From Candidatus Spongiisociaceae bacterium (GTDB taxonomy: Bacteria; Actinomycetota; Acidimicrobiia; Spongiisociales; Spongiisociaceae), in NCBI GenBank assembly GCA_965202665.1, contig OZ241841.1, positions 2,688,001 to 2,752,000 on the forward strand: DNA of 64,000 nt. Reading direction: 5' to 3'. Both the position numbers and the translations under genes were made by a program. Below are positions 8,999 through 18,182 of the stretch, piece by piece (the stretch's first letter is position 1; each line of letters opens with the position of its first letter). Below the pieces are notes generated by a model, which made no database searches, was not told the origin of the DNA, and saw only the letters and a program-made list of their open reading frames with translations.

Positions 8999-9928
8999 AT
9001 GCAAATCAGGATCGCCCCGCCGGGGCGGCTGGGCGAAGAGTTGCCGCGTCTCATCTCGGAAGTGACCAAGGCCGAAGGAGCCCCTCCGTTCAGCGAAGTG
9101 CTGCTGACCGCCCTCCGGGATCCGTCGCGGGGCGGAATCGGGGTGGCGGGGGAGGAGAATGGGCGGCTGGCGGCCTACGCCTTCGCCTTCCCCAACCCGG
9201 ACCGATGGGTATGGACGTTGGAAGCGGCCCATTCCGCCTCCGCCCAGCCGGGCGACTACGACCGCTTTTTGGAACAGGCGCTGCAGGCGCTGGCCGGGGA
9301 GGGGGTGGAGGAAGTCGTGCTATGGGTGCACGCCCCCGGCCTCCATCCCGGATTGGCCGGCTTGCGGCCCGACCGCCGCCTGTTGCGAATGACCGTCGAT
9401 TTGCCTCTTTCGGGATCGTCCCTGTTTTCGGAGGGCCCCCTGTTTCCGGAGGGCTTCGAAGTTAGGGGATTCGCCCCCGGCGAGGACAACGAGGCGTTGC
9501 TGGCCGTCAACAACCGGGCTTTCACCGGCCATCCCGAACAGGGGGCCTGGACCCTCCGCGATCTGGAAATGCGCCTGGGAATGGACTGGTTCGACGCCGA
9601 AGGCCTGCGCACCGCGTGGGCGGGGGAGGCCCTGGCCGCTTTCAACTGGACCAAGTTGCATCCGCCGGGAGCGGTCCGCCCCGGCCAAGCGGTGGGGGAG
9701 GTGTACGCCTTGGCGGTGGATCCGGCTTTCCGCGGGCAGGGATTGGGGCGGGCGGTCACCCTGGACGGCCTCCGCTACCTGAACCGGAGCCGGGGAGCGG
9801 AAAGCGCCATGCTGTACGTGGATTCCGACAACGGGCCGGCGGTAGGATTGTACGGCGGCCTGGGGTTCGCAGTCGAACACACCGACCGGGCCTATCGCTG
9901 GACCGCACCCGACGAAGCCGACCGTTGA
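8999..9928 (+). CDS. mshD: Mycothiol synthase (tandem GNAT)
   Basis: NNRAF..HPEQG.W, WTK.H, GEVY...VDP...G.GLGR and LYVD.DN motifs. Confidence 0.92.
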   Translation: MQIRIAPPGRLGEELPRLISEVTKAEGAPPFSEVLLTALRDPSRGGIGVAGEENGRLAAYAFAFPNPDRWVWTLEAAHSASAQPGDYDRFLEQALQALAGEGVEEVVLWVHAPGLHPGLAGLRPDRRLLRMTVDLPLSGSSLFSEGPLFPEGFEVRGFAPGEDNEALLAVNNRAFTGHPEQGAWTLRDLEMRLGMDWFDAEGLRTAWAGEALAAFNWTKLHPPGAVRPGQAVGEVYALAVDPAFRGQGLGRAVTLDGLRYLNRSRGAESAMLYVDSDNGPAVGLYGGLGFAVEHTDRAYRWTAPDEADR

Positions 9929-9948
9929 CCCCCGCCTAAGCCGAAGAA

Positions 9949-11901
9949 ATGAGCATCCAACTTACCTTGCCGGACGGAACGACCGCCCGCCATCCGTCCG
10001 GGGCCACCGGCCGGGAAGCGGCCCGGGCCATTGGCGAACGGCTGGCGGCGGCGGCGGTGGCGGTCTCCTTGGATGGGGCGTTGCTGGACTTGGACCGCCC
10101 TTTGCCCGGGGACGGGGCGTTTGCGGTGATCACGGAGGAAAGCGAAGAGGGCCGTTCCGTCCTGCGCCATTCGGCGGCCCATATTCTGGCCCAGGCGGTG
10201 CTCAACCTGTTTGCGGGGGCCGACTTCGCCATAGGCCCGGCCATCGCCGACGGCTTCTACTACGACTTCGACATCGGACGTCCCTTCACCCCCGGGGATT
10301 TGGAGGCCATCGAGGCGGAAATGAAGCGGATCATCGCCGCCGATCAGCCTTTCCTGCGGGAGGAGATGAGCCGGGAACGGGGACTGAGTTTGTTCGCCGA
10401 CCAACCATACAAACAGGAGATCATCCGGGAGGCGCAGCCCGCCGACCGGGGCGAAGTGGCCGAAGGGGAGACGGTTTCCGTGTACCGCAATCACCGGTTT
10501 GCGGATTTGTGCCGGGGCCCCCATATTCCCTCCACCGGCCGCCTCCCCGCCTTCAAGCTGTTGCGCACCGCCGGGGCCTACTGGCGGGGGGACGAAACCC
10601 GTCCGCAACTGCAACGGATCTACGGAACGGCCTGGGAGTCCCGGGCGGCGCTGGAGACGTATCTGACCAGGTTGGAGGAAGCCGAAAAACGGGACCACCG
10701 CCGGTTGGGGCGGGAACTGGACTTGTTCTCCTTCCCCCGTGAGTTGGGACCGGGGTTGGCGGTTTGGCATCCCAAAGGGGGAATGTTGCGCAAACAGGTG
10801 GAGGATTACAGCCGGCGCCTCCACGAGCAATTCGGTTTTGAGTTCGTGTCCTCCCCGCATGTGGCCCGGGCCGGGCTGTGGGAGGTTTCCGGGCATCTTG
10901 ATTTCTACGGCGAAAATATGTACCCGGGGATGGAGTTGCAGGACGGCCGGGGGGAAGACGAGTACCGGGTGAAGCCTATGAACTGCCCTTTTCACGTCCT
11001 GATTTACCGTTCCGCCGCCCGCTCCTACCGGGAGTTGCCGTTGCGCCTGTCGGAGCTGGGGGTGGTGTACCGCTATGAGCGATCGGGGGTGATCCACGGG
11101 CTGATGCGGGCCCGCGGTTTCACGCAGGACGACTCCCACACTTTCTGCGCCCCCTCCCAAGTAGGCGAAGAGTTGCAACTGCACCTCCGTTTCGTGCTGG
11201 ACTTATTGCGGGACTTTGGCTTCGACGATTTCCAGGCCGAGCTGTCCACCCGCCCCGAGGAGAAATGGGTGGGGGAGCCGGCCTTGTGGGAGTTGGCCGA
11301 GCGGGCGCTGGAGGAAGCCTTGCGCTCCGCCGACGTCCCCTACCGGATAGCGGCCGGGGAAGGGGCCTTCTACGGCCCCAAAATCGACGTACAAATCCGG
11401 GACGCCATCGGTCGCAGCTGGCAGATGTCCACCATCCAGGCGGATTTTTCCCTGCCGGAACGGTTCGGTTTGGAATATGTGACCCCCGACGACGGGCGGG
11501 AGCGGCCGGTGATGATCCACTCCGCCAAGTTCGGGTCGGTGGAACGGTTCGTAGGAGTGCTGTTGGAGCACTACGCGGGGGCGCTGCCGGCTTGGCTGTC
11601 CCCGGTGCAGGCGGCGGTCGTTCCGGTGGCCGACCGCCACTTGGAATACGCCGGGGAGGTGGCCGGGCTGTTACGGGAGCGGGAGGTACGGGCGGAAATC
11701 GGGAGCGGGGCGGGCAAACTGGGGGAGAAGGTGCGGGAGGCGCTGACGGCCAAGATTCCCGCGGTGCTGGTGGTGGGGGATCAGGACGCCGCGGAGCGGA
11801 CGGCGGGTTTGCGCCGCCGGGGGGAGAAAGGGGAGGTCAGGGGAATGGCGTTGGCCGAAGCGGTCGCCGCCGTAGCCGCCGACTCCCAACCCCCCCGCTG
11901 A
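9949..11901 (+). CDS. thrS: Threonine--tRNA ligase
   Basis: TGS domain, RHS.AH, DLCRGPH, RDHR.LG, KPMNCP, GAFYGPKID. Confidence 0.98.
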   Translation: MSIQLTLPDGTTARHPSGATGREAARAIGERLAAAAVAVSLDGALLDLDRPLPGDGAFAVITEESEEGRSVLRHSAAHILAQAVLNLFAGADFAIGPAIADGFYYDFDIGRPFTPGDLEAIEAEMKRIIAADQPFLREEMSRERGLSLFADQPYKQEIIREAQPADRGEVAEGETVSVYRNHRFADLCRGPHIPSTGRLPAFKLLRTAGAYWRGDETRPQLQRIYGTAWESRAALETYLTRLEEAEKRDHRRLGRELDLFSFPRELGPGLAVWHPKGGMLRKQVEDYSRRLHEQFGFEFVSSPHVARAGLWEVSGHLDFYGENMYPGMELQDGRGEDEYRVKPMNCPFHVLIYRSAARSYRELPLRLSELGVVYRYERSGVIHGLMRARGFTQDDSHTFCAPSQVGEELQLHLRFVLDLLRDFGFDDFQAELSTRPEEKWVGEPALWELAERALEEALRSADVPYRIAAGEGAFYGPKIDVQIRDAIGRSWQMSTIQADFSLPERFGLEYVTPDDGRERPVMIHSAKFGSVERFVGVLLEHYAGALPAWLSPVQAAVVPVADRHLEYAGEVAGLLREREVRAEIGSGAGKLGEKVREALTAKIPAVLVVGDQDAAERTAGLRRRGEKGEVRGMALAEAVAAVAADSQPPR

Positions 11902-11922
11902 TACCGGCGCGCGGCCGCCGTC

Positions 11923-12123
11923 TCAATAATGCATGTATCTAATTCCTTTATAGAACAATACTTTGGCTTCCCCCTCGCTCATCTTCCTGCCCGCCTCCTT
12001 TCCCCGACAGAGGTGCTGATGTCCGCAACAGGGGCAACCGCAACAATGGCAGGCTTGCGGAGCGATATCCGGATCCGGGGACGGTTGCGGCGGGTCGACC
12101 GGCGGGCTGTTATTCGATTTCAT
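11923..12123 (-). CDS. Cys/His-rich microprotein (66 aa)
   Basis: ATG at 12123 overlaps the stop of the upstream gene (ATGA) and follows GGGAGG; contains CHCCGCPCCGHQHLC. Confidence 0.6.
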   Translation of the reverse strand: MKSNNSPPVDPPQPSPDPDIAPQACHCCGCPCCGHQHLCRGKEAGRKMSEGEAKVLFYKGIRYMHY

Positions 12124-12683
12124 AGCAGTCCTCCCAAAATGGATATTAGCAAGGTAATTAGGGCGCTGACGGAAACACATGTGGAAGCGCGGGCGAAAAG
12201 GAGCGCTTTCCATTCATTGAGACAGAACCTCTGCTGATTAACCGAGTTATCGATGGCCACAAGCAGTTGTTGTAGGTTCCCGGAGTCTTTATCGACGCAT
12301 TCAGCCAGAGCGGTGGACGAGGTGATGAGATTGGGCCGCCAAGCCAAGTAGGCCAAGATCACGCCGGTGACTGCGATAAAGCCCGTTATTCCTATCATCC
12401 AACCGGGAATCAACCCGCGCGTCGACGCCAACAGGGCGATGTAAACCCCTCCGGCGGTGATCACCGCCAGCAATTTGCGGTCCAGCGCATTGGACGCTTC
12501 CAGCAAGTGGCGCTTTTCCAGTTGCGCCCTGTCCAAGAGTTGGCGTACCGTGTCCGGGTCGGCGTCCGGATGAAGGATCGTTGCGGGCGGCGGGATGTCC
12601 TGCGGCGGGCGCAAGGAACCCCGGAGGCGGCGGAGCCCGCGGCGAACGGCGAGCAGGAGATGGTATGTCACATAAAACAACAT
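12120..12683 (-). CDS. 3-TM membrane protein, Pycsar-effector (PycTM/DUF5706)-like topology
   Basis: ALDRK-TM1-TM2-WRP-loop-NEWK-TM3 layout; lower GC than its flanks. Confidence 0.6.
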   Translation of the reverse strand: MLFYVTYHLLLAVRRGLRRLRGSLRPPQDIPPPATILHPDADPDTVRQLLDRAQLEKRHLLEASNALDRKLLAVITAGGVYIALLASTRGLIPGWMIGITGFIAVTGVILAYLAWRPNLITSSTALAECVDKDSGNLQQLLVAIDNSVNQQRFCLNEWKALLFARASTCVSVSALITLLISILGGLL

Positions 12684-12717
12684 AACCCATCTTTTTCAGA
12701 AAAAGAAGGGGTATGTT
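12679..12717. promoter_or_regulatory. 39-bp near-perfect palindrome covering the start codon of the 3-TM gene
   Basis: AACATAACCCATCTTTTTC-A-GAAAAAGAAGGGGTATGTT; arms pair at 17 of 19 positions. Confidence 0.7.
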
Positions 12718-12718
12718 T

Positions 12719-13201
12719 TCAGGCGGGAGGGGTCAGGTTTTCCAAGTAGGGGTCGCCCAGGGGCCGGCCGGTGGAGGCGTAGATGCGGACCAGGGCCCGG
12801 CGATCGGGGGGGTCGTCGGCTGGGTAGAGGATGACGTTCCACACCGGTCGGCTGCGCCAGCCGATGAAAGTGAGGGCGGCCGAGGCGTGGCCCACCGCAA
12901 AAGGGGCCAAAGCGGCCGCCGCCGACAGGGCCTGCTCCTGTTCGATGCGCAAGGGCCAGGCGGTCCGGAAGTGATAGGCGGCCAAGACGATCAAACCGAG
13001 GGTCAAAGCCCAGAACCCGGCGGACAGGTCGGCCAGGGCCGCCAAAGCGGACAGGCCGGCCGCCGTCAGGTAGATGGCCCCGGCTACCGCCCGGCGGGCG
13101 GGGGAAGGGAATCGGTAGGGGCCGAGGACGCTGGAATCAAGATCGTCGGGCACGCCGGAGGCGGCGGCCACCTCGTCCGGTATGCGGATGCCGTCCGTCA
13201 T
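12719..13201 (-). CDS. Hypothetical 2-TM membrane protein
   Basis: ATG 13201 overlaps the gltA stop (ATGA); PDDLDS..LGPY.FP N-terminus, two TMs, RP.W.V.LY....P.RR.LV C-terminus. Confidence 0.75.
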   Translation of the reverse strand: MTDGIRIPDEVAAASGVPDDLDSSVLGPYRFPSPARRAVAGAIYLTAAGLSALAALADLSAGFWALTLGLIVLAAYHFRTAWPLRIEQEQALSAAAALAPFAVGHASAALTFIGWRSRPVWNVILYPADDPPDRRALVRIYASTGRPLGDPYLENLTPPA

Positions 13202-14520
13202 CGGTCGGCGATGGGAACGAAGTCGCGCCGGGTGCAACCCTGGTACAACTGACGGGGACGTTGGATGCGGGCGTCCGGATCCCGGGACATTTCACGCCAT
13301 TGGGCCAGCCAGCCGGGGAGCCTTCCCAAAGCGAATAGCACCGTGAACATGTTGGGCGGAAACCCCATCGCCCGGTAGATGATCCCCGAATAGAAATCCA
13401 CGTTGGGGTAGATGCGCCGTTCGATGAAGTAGTCGTCGGCCAAGGCTTCGGATTCCAGACGCACGGCCAACTCCAGCAGAGGGTCGTTGGTTCCCCGCAA
13501 CAGGGCCTGGGCGTGGGTTTTGATGAGGGCGGCCCGCGGGTCCACGTTGCGGTACACCCGGTGCCCGAATCCCATCAGCCGGAACGGGTCGTCCCGGTCT
13601 TTGGCGCGGGCGATGTAACGGCTGGTGTCGCCGCCTTCCCGCAGGATTTCCCCCAGCATGGACACCACCCGCTGGTTGGCTCCCCCGTGCAAAGGGCCGG
13701 ACAGGGCCAAGATGCCGGAGGCGATGGAGGAAAACAGGTTGGCCCGCCCGGAACCGACCAGCCGCACCGCCGACGTGGAAAGGTTCTGGCCGTGGTCGGC
13801 GTGCAGGATGAGCAGGATTTCCATGATCCGGATATGAGCCGGATCCGCCCGGTAGCCGTCCGGGTCTTCGTCGGGGGCGAACATCATATGGAGCAGGTTG
13901 GCCGCATATCCCAGTTCCGGCCGGGACGGGGCCGGGCGGCGGCCCGTTTCCGCCCGGTAAAGATGGGCGGCCATCACCGGCAACTGGGCCATCAGGCGCA
14001 CCATGTTCAGCCAGTCGCCCCCCTCCCCGGCCACATCCCGCGAGTCGGCGTAGCAGGAGTCCAGCAACAGGACGGCGGCCGCCAGCCGCTGCATGGGATG
14101 GGTGCGGGACGGCATGTCGGACAGGGCCTGTTCCATTTCGGGCAGGGTGCGGGCGTGGCGGGCCACCAACTCCCGGTACTGTTCCAACTGCAGGGCGGGG
14201 GGCAATTCGCCGGTGGCCAGCAGGTAGGACACTTCCAAGAAACCGGCGTGCTCGGCCAGATCCTCCACCGCGTATCCCCGGTAGCGCAACACCCCCCGCT
14301 CCCCGTTCAGGTAGGTGATGGAACTGACGGTTTCGGCCGTGTTGCCGTAGCCCGGATCCAGGGTGGTGAGGCCGGTGACGCCGCGCAGTCCGGAAATGTC
14401 GATGGCGCGCTCGCCTTCGCTGCCCTGCGCCACCGGCAGGGTCACCGGGGGGCCGTCGGGGGGGTTCAACTCGGCGTTGCGGCGGATTTCGGGGTCGGCG
14501 GCGCCGGGCTCCGCGCTCAT
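13198..14520 (-). CDS. gltA: Citrate synthase
   Basis: LHADHGQN.ST, GPLHGGAN, MGFGHRVY and PNVDFYSG; ATG 14520 after GGGAGG. Confidence 0.97.
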   Translation of the reverse strand: MSAEPGAADPEIRRNAELNPPDGPPVTLPVAQGSEGERAIDISGLRGVTGLTTLDPGYGNTAETVSSITYLNGERGVLRYRGYAVEDLAEHAGFLEVSYLLATGELPPALQLEQYRELVARHARTLPEMEQALSDMPSRTHPMQRLAAAVLLLDSCYADSRDVAGEGGDWLNMVRLMAQLPVMAAHLYRAETGRRPAPSRPELGYAANLLHMMFAPDEDPDGYRADPAHIRIMEILLILHADHGQNLSTSAVRLVGSGRANLFSSIASGILALSGPLHGGANQRVVSMLGEILREGGDTSRYIARAKDRDDPFRLMGFGHRVYRNVDPRAALIKTHAQALLRGTNDPLLELAVRLESEALADDYFIERRIYPNVDFYSGIIYRAMGFPPNMFTVLFALGRLPGWLAQWREMSRDPDARIQRPRQLYQGCTRRDFVPIADR

Positions 14521-14533
14521 GGCGATCCTCCCC

Positions 14534-16579
14534 TTATTCCTGTTGGCGGGCGGCGGCGGCCACCCGCTGCACTTCCTGCGGAGGGGCGGGTTCGTAATGG
14601 GAGAATTCAATTTCGAAGGTCCCCCGGCCGCCGGTCATGGAACGCAAATCCACCGAATAACGTTGCATTTCAGCCAGCGGAACCTGCGCCGACAGCACCC
14701 GGGATCCGCCTTCGGCGTCCATGCCCAGCACCCGGCCCCGTTTGGAGTTGATGTCGCCGATCACATCCCCCATGTATTCCTCCGGAACCCGAACCTGCGC
14801 GGTGACGATCGGCTCCAGGATGGTGGGCCGCAGGTCGTGGGCGGCGGCCCGCACCGCCAGAATGCCCGCCATCCTAAAACTCAACTCGTCGGAGTCCACG
14901 GAATGGAACTTGCCGTCGTAGACGGTGGCCCGCACGTCGATCACCGGGTAACCGGCCAGAATTCCCCGCTCCAGAGCCTCCCGGATGCCTTTGTCCACCG
15001 CCGGAATAAGGTTGCGGGGAATGGATCCGCCTTTGATTTCGTCGATGAACTCGTAGCCTTCTCCCCGCTGGTTGGGGGCGAACCTCACATAGGCCACTCC
15101 GAACTGGCCGCGTCCCCCCGACTGCTTCTTGTGCTTGCCTTCCACATCGGCTTCGCCCAAAATTGTTTCCCGATAGGGCACCTTGGGCACCCCGGTGTCC
15201 ACTTCCACCCCGAAGCGGCGCGCCACCCGGGCCAGGGTCACGTTGACATGGGCTTCCCCCAGCCCGGCCACCACCGTCTCCTTGGTCTCCGGGCGCCGCT
15301 CCACCATGATGGTTGGGTCCTCCTCCTGCGCCCGGCCGAGGGCGGTGGAAAGACGGTCCTCGTCCTGGTTGGAACGGGGGGTGACGGTCACCTCGTGCAC
15401 CGGGCGGGGCATGCGAACCGGGGTGATGACCGCCTCCGACCCCGCCTCCCGCAGAGTGTCCCCCACTTTTACCGTTTCCAGTTTGGCCACCGAGCCGATG
15501 CCGCCCGCCGCAATGCGGTCCATGTCCTGGTGTTCCTTGCCCAGCATGCTGAACAGGCTGGACATTTTCACCTTCTCGCCCCGGTTGGTCTCCAAAACCG
15601 CGTCCGCTCCGAACGAACCGGAGAAAAGGCGGAAGGTGTTGATGCGCCCCACGTACTGGTCGCCGGAGGTTTTGAATACGTAAGCCACCGCCGGCCCGCC
15701 CGGATCCGGTTCCAAGGAACCTCCCTCCAGGGGCGGCATGTTCCGCTCCAAAGGCGAAGGGCCGAAATCGACGATGAAGTCGATCAGGGTGTCGATTCCG
15801 GTGAGGGCGGCGGCCGATCCGACCAGTACCGGGAAAATATCTCCGGCGATCATCCCCCCGTGGATGACTTCCACCATTTTCTCCCGGGGCGGCTCGACGC
15901 CTTCGAAGTAGGCCTCCAAGAGTTCGTCGTCGGTTTCCACCACCGCCTCCACCAAGGCGGTATGCGCCTCCTCCACCCGGGCCGAAACCGAATCGGGCAA
16001 CTCCATTTCCTTTCCTTGGGGATCCCCGCCCGCGTAGCCGTAGGCGCGGCCGCTCACCACCCGCACTATGCCGGACAGGCTTTCCTCCTCGCCGATGGGG
16101 ACTTGGACGGGGGCGACCCGTTTCCCGAAGGAGGCGGTCAACTGGGCCAGGGTGCGGCTGAAGGAGGCCCGGTCGCGGTCCAGTTTGTTGACGAACACCG
16201 CCCGGGATATTCCTTCGGCGGCGGCCGCTTGCCACAGCAACTCGGTTTGAACTTCCACCCCGTCCACCGCCGACACCACGAACAGGGCCATGTCCACCGC
16301 CCGCAGGGCGGCCAAAGCGTCGGCTATGAAATCGGCGTAGCCGGGGGAGTCGACCAGATTGATGCGGTAACCGTTGTGCGTAAAAGACCCAACGCCGAGG
16401 CTGAGCGAGTTGCCCCGGTCTATTTCTTCCGGCTCGTGATCCATAACCGTATTGCCAGTTTCCGAGGTTCCCACCCGGTCGATTTGCCCCGCGTAGTAGA
16501 GCAGGGCTTCGGCCAAAGAGGTTTTGCCCGAGCCGCCGTGTCCGAACAATCCCACGTTGCGCGTCTTTTCCGGTGTCAT
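14534..16579 (-). CDS. Elongation factor G-like protein (EF-G2)
   Basis: GHGGSGKTS, DSPG, NKLD, KKQSGGRGQ and HSVDS; divergent from pgsA as in other actinobacteria. Confidence 0.95.
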   Translation of the reverse strand: MTPEKTRNVGLFGHGGSGKTSLAEALLYYAGQIDRVGTSETGNTVMDHEPEEIDRGNSLSLGVGSFTHNGYRINLVDSPGYADFIADALAALRAVDMALFVVSAVDGVEVQTELLWQAAAAEGISRAVFVNKLDRDRASFSRTLAQLTASFGKRVAPVQVPIGEEESLSGIVRVVSGRAYGYAGGDPQGKEMELPDSVSARVEEAHTALVEAVVETDDELLEAYFEGVEPPREKMVEVIHGGMIAGDIFPVLVGSAAALTGIDTLIDFIVDFGPSPLERNMPPLEGGSLEPDPGGPAVAYVFKTSGDQYVGRINTFRLFSGSFGADAVLETNRGEKVKMSSLFSMLGKEHQDMDRIAAGGIGSVAKLETVKVGDTLREAGSEAVITPVRMPRPVHEVTVTPRSNQDEDRLSTALGRAQEEDPTIMVERRPETKETVVAGLGEAHVNVTLARVARRFGVEVDTGVPKVPYRETILGEADVEGKHKKQSGGRGQFGVAYVRFAPNQRGEGYEFIDEIKGGSIPRNLIPAVDKGIREALERGILAGYPVIDVRATVYDGKFHSVDSDELSFRMAGILAVRAAAHDLRPTILEPIVTAQVRVPEEYMGDVIGDINSKRGRVLGMDAEGGSRVLSAQVPLAEMQRYSVDLRSMTGGRGTFEIEFSHYEPAPPQEVQRVAAAARQQE

Positions 16580-16668
16580 AGTTCCCTCCGATTGGGTATC
16601 CTGCCTAGCAGTGTAGTGGGCGGCGGCCCGCCGTGTTCGTCCGTCGGCCCCGCCGAGGGAGATTCGGG

Positions 16669-17262
16669 GTGATTGAACTAAGAGCCCAAAAATACATAGA
16701 GAAGATAGCGGCCCCCATCGGTCGGGGGTTGGCCCGCATCGGGTTGCGGCCCACTCATCTCACGTTGGGGGGGCTGATCATCACCCTCGTCGGCTCGGGG
16801 ATGTTGGCCAACGGGCTGGTGGTGGGCGGTTCGCTGGTCATTCTCGCCGGTTCGGCTTTAGACGGATTGGACGGCGCGGTGGCCCGGGCCACCAACGCCG
16901 CCTCAGCCCGGGGGGCGCTGGTGGATTCGGTGTCGGACCGGTTGGGGGAAACGGCCATGTTCGGGGCGTGCGCCTTCTGGCTGACCTCCCGGGGGTCGCC
17001 CGGCGAAGGAGACCCGGCGTTGGTGGTGTTGTGCGTGCTCAGCCTGGGGGCGGCCCTCATAACCTCCTATCTGCGGGCCAAGGCCTCCGAGAGCGGAGCC
17101 GACGGACGGGGGGGAATTATGGGGCGGGCGGAACGGGTGCTCCTGTTCGCCGCCGGTTTTCTGATCAATCAGGTCACGGCCATGCTGTGGCTGATGGCCG
17201 CCCTCACTTGGATCACCGTCATGCAACGGTTTTACAGCACTTGGCGGCAACTGGGCAAGTGA
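16669..17262 (+). CDS. pgsA: Phosphatidylinositol-phosphate synthase
   Basis: D.LDG.VAR.....S..GA..DS..DR motif, SY.RA and R.ER; first gene of the PIM operon. Confidence 0.88.
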   Translation: MIELRAQKYIEKIAAPIGRGLARIGLRPTHLTLGGLIITLVGSGMLANGLVVGGSLVILAGSALDGLDGAVARATNAASARGALVDSVSDRLGETAMFGACAFWLTSRGSPGEGDPALVVLCVLSLGAALITSYLRAKASESGADGRGGIMGRAERVLLFAAGFLINQVTAMLWLMAALTWITVMQRFYSTWRQLGK

Positions 17263-18182
17263 CCGACCGTCTCATCTATCTGGCCTACCGCTTGGGGGCC
17301 GGTCTGTTCGGCTTGTTGCCGGAACCGGCCGCCCGCGGCTTGGGCGGGACGGCGGGGCGGTTGGCGTGGATATGGGCGGGGGAGCGCAAGGCCATGGCCC
17401 TGCGCCATGCGCGGCGGGCGCTGGGTTTGCCCGCGGACGGCGCGGGGGAGACGGCGGCGGAAGCGGCCCGGGCGCGGGCCGGGGCGCGGGGCATGTTCGC
17501 CTCCTACGGGCGCTACTGGGCGGAGACGTTCTGGTTTCGTCCCCGCCGGGCGGAAGCGATCCGCCGTCATATGGAAGTGGAGGGGATGGAATACGTGCGG
17601 GAGGCGGCGGCGGGCGGGATCCCCATCCTGGCCGCCCTGCCCCATTTGGGAAACTGGGAGATGGCGGGGGTTCTGGCCGAGAGAGCCGAAGTGGAAATCA
17701 CCGCCGTGGCCGAGGCCTTGGACAATCGGTTGATCACCGACTGGTTCATCGGATTGCGGGCCGCCCTTTCCATCGAGGTCGTCTTGGCGGAGGGGCGACG
17801 CACTTTGCCCAAGCTGACCGAGGCCTTGCGGCCGGGGAAGGTGCTGGCTTTGGTGGCGGACCGCGACATGACCGGACGGGGGGTGGAAGTGGATTTTTTC
17901 GGGGAGAGGACCCTTTTGCCGGCCGGCCCGGCCGCTCTGGCCTTGCGCACCGGCTCCATGCTATTGCCGGTGGCGATGTTTTTCAGGCGGGGACGCGGGC
18001 ACCGGGCGGTCATCGGCCCGCCGGTGCCCACTCCGGAGGGGGCCGATACGGAGACGGTCGCCTCCGAGTTGGCCCGCCGATTCGAAGGGTTCATTCGGTC
18101 GGCGCCCGAGCAATGGCACTTGGTGCAGCCCAACTGGCCCTCCGACCGGGCGTTTCTGGAGCGACGGCGGGCGGGGTCGTGA
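17259..18182 (+). CDS. Phosphatidylinositol mannoside acyltransferase (PatA-like)
   Basis: SY.RYW.E.F, LPH.GNWE.AG, ADRD and QWH..QP.W; GTG overlaps the pgsA stop. Confidence 0.9.
   Translation: MTDRLIYLAYRLGAGLFGLLPEPAARGLGGTAGRLAWIWAGERKAMALRHARRALGLPADGAGETAAEAARARAGARGMFASYGRYWAETFWFRPRRAEAIRRHMEVEGMEYVREAAAGGIPILAALPHLGNWEMAGVLAERAEVEITAVAEALDNRLITDWFIGLRAALSIEVVLAEGRRTLPKLTEALRPGKVLALVADRDMTGRGVEVDFFGERTLLPAGPAALALRTGSMLLPVAMFFRRGRGHRAVIGPPVPTPEGADTETVASELARRFEGFIRSAPEQWHLVQPNWPSDRAFLERRRAGS

Noticed and set aside
12660-12686. TTATGT motifs as a second dif site (also 8975 and 27758)
   Set aside because: They lack the ATAA-N6-TTAT geometry and a XerC arm.
14363-16672. 769-aa + strand ORF, and similar long ORFs at 9892-11184, 21607-23295 and 44979-48395
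   Set aside because: Antisense shadows of clear genes (EF-G2, thrS, Mo enzyme, putA); expected in high-GC DNA; no motifs.
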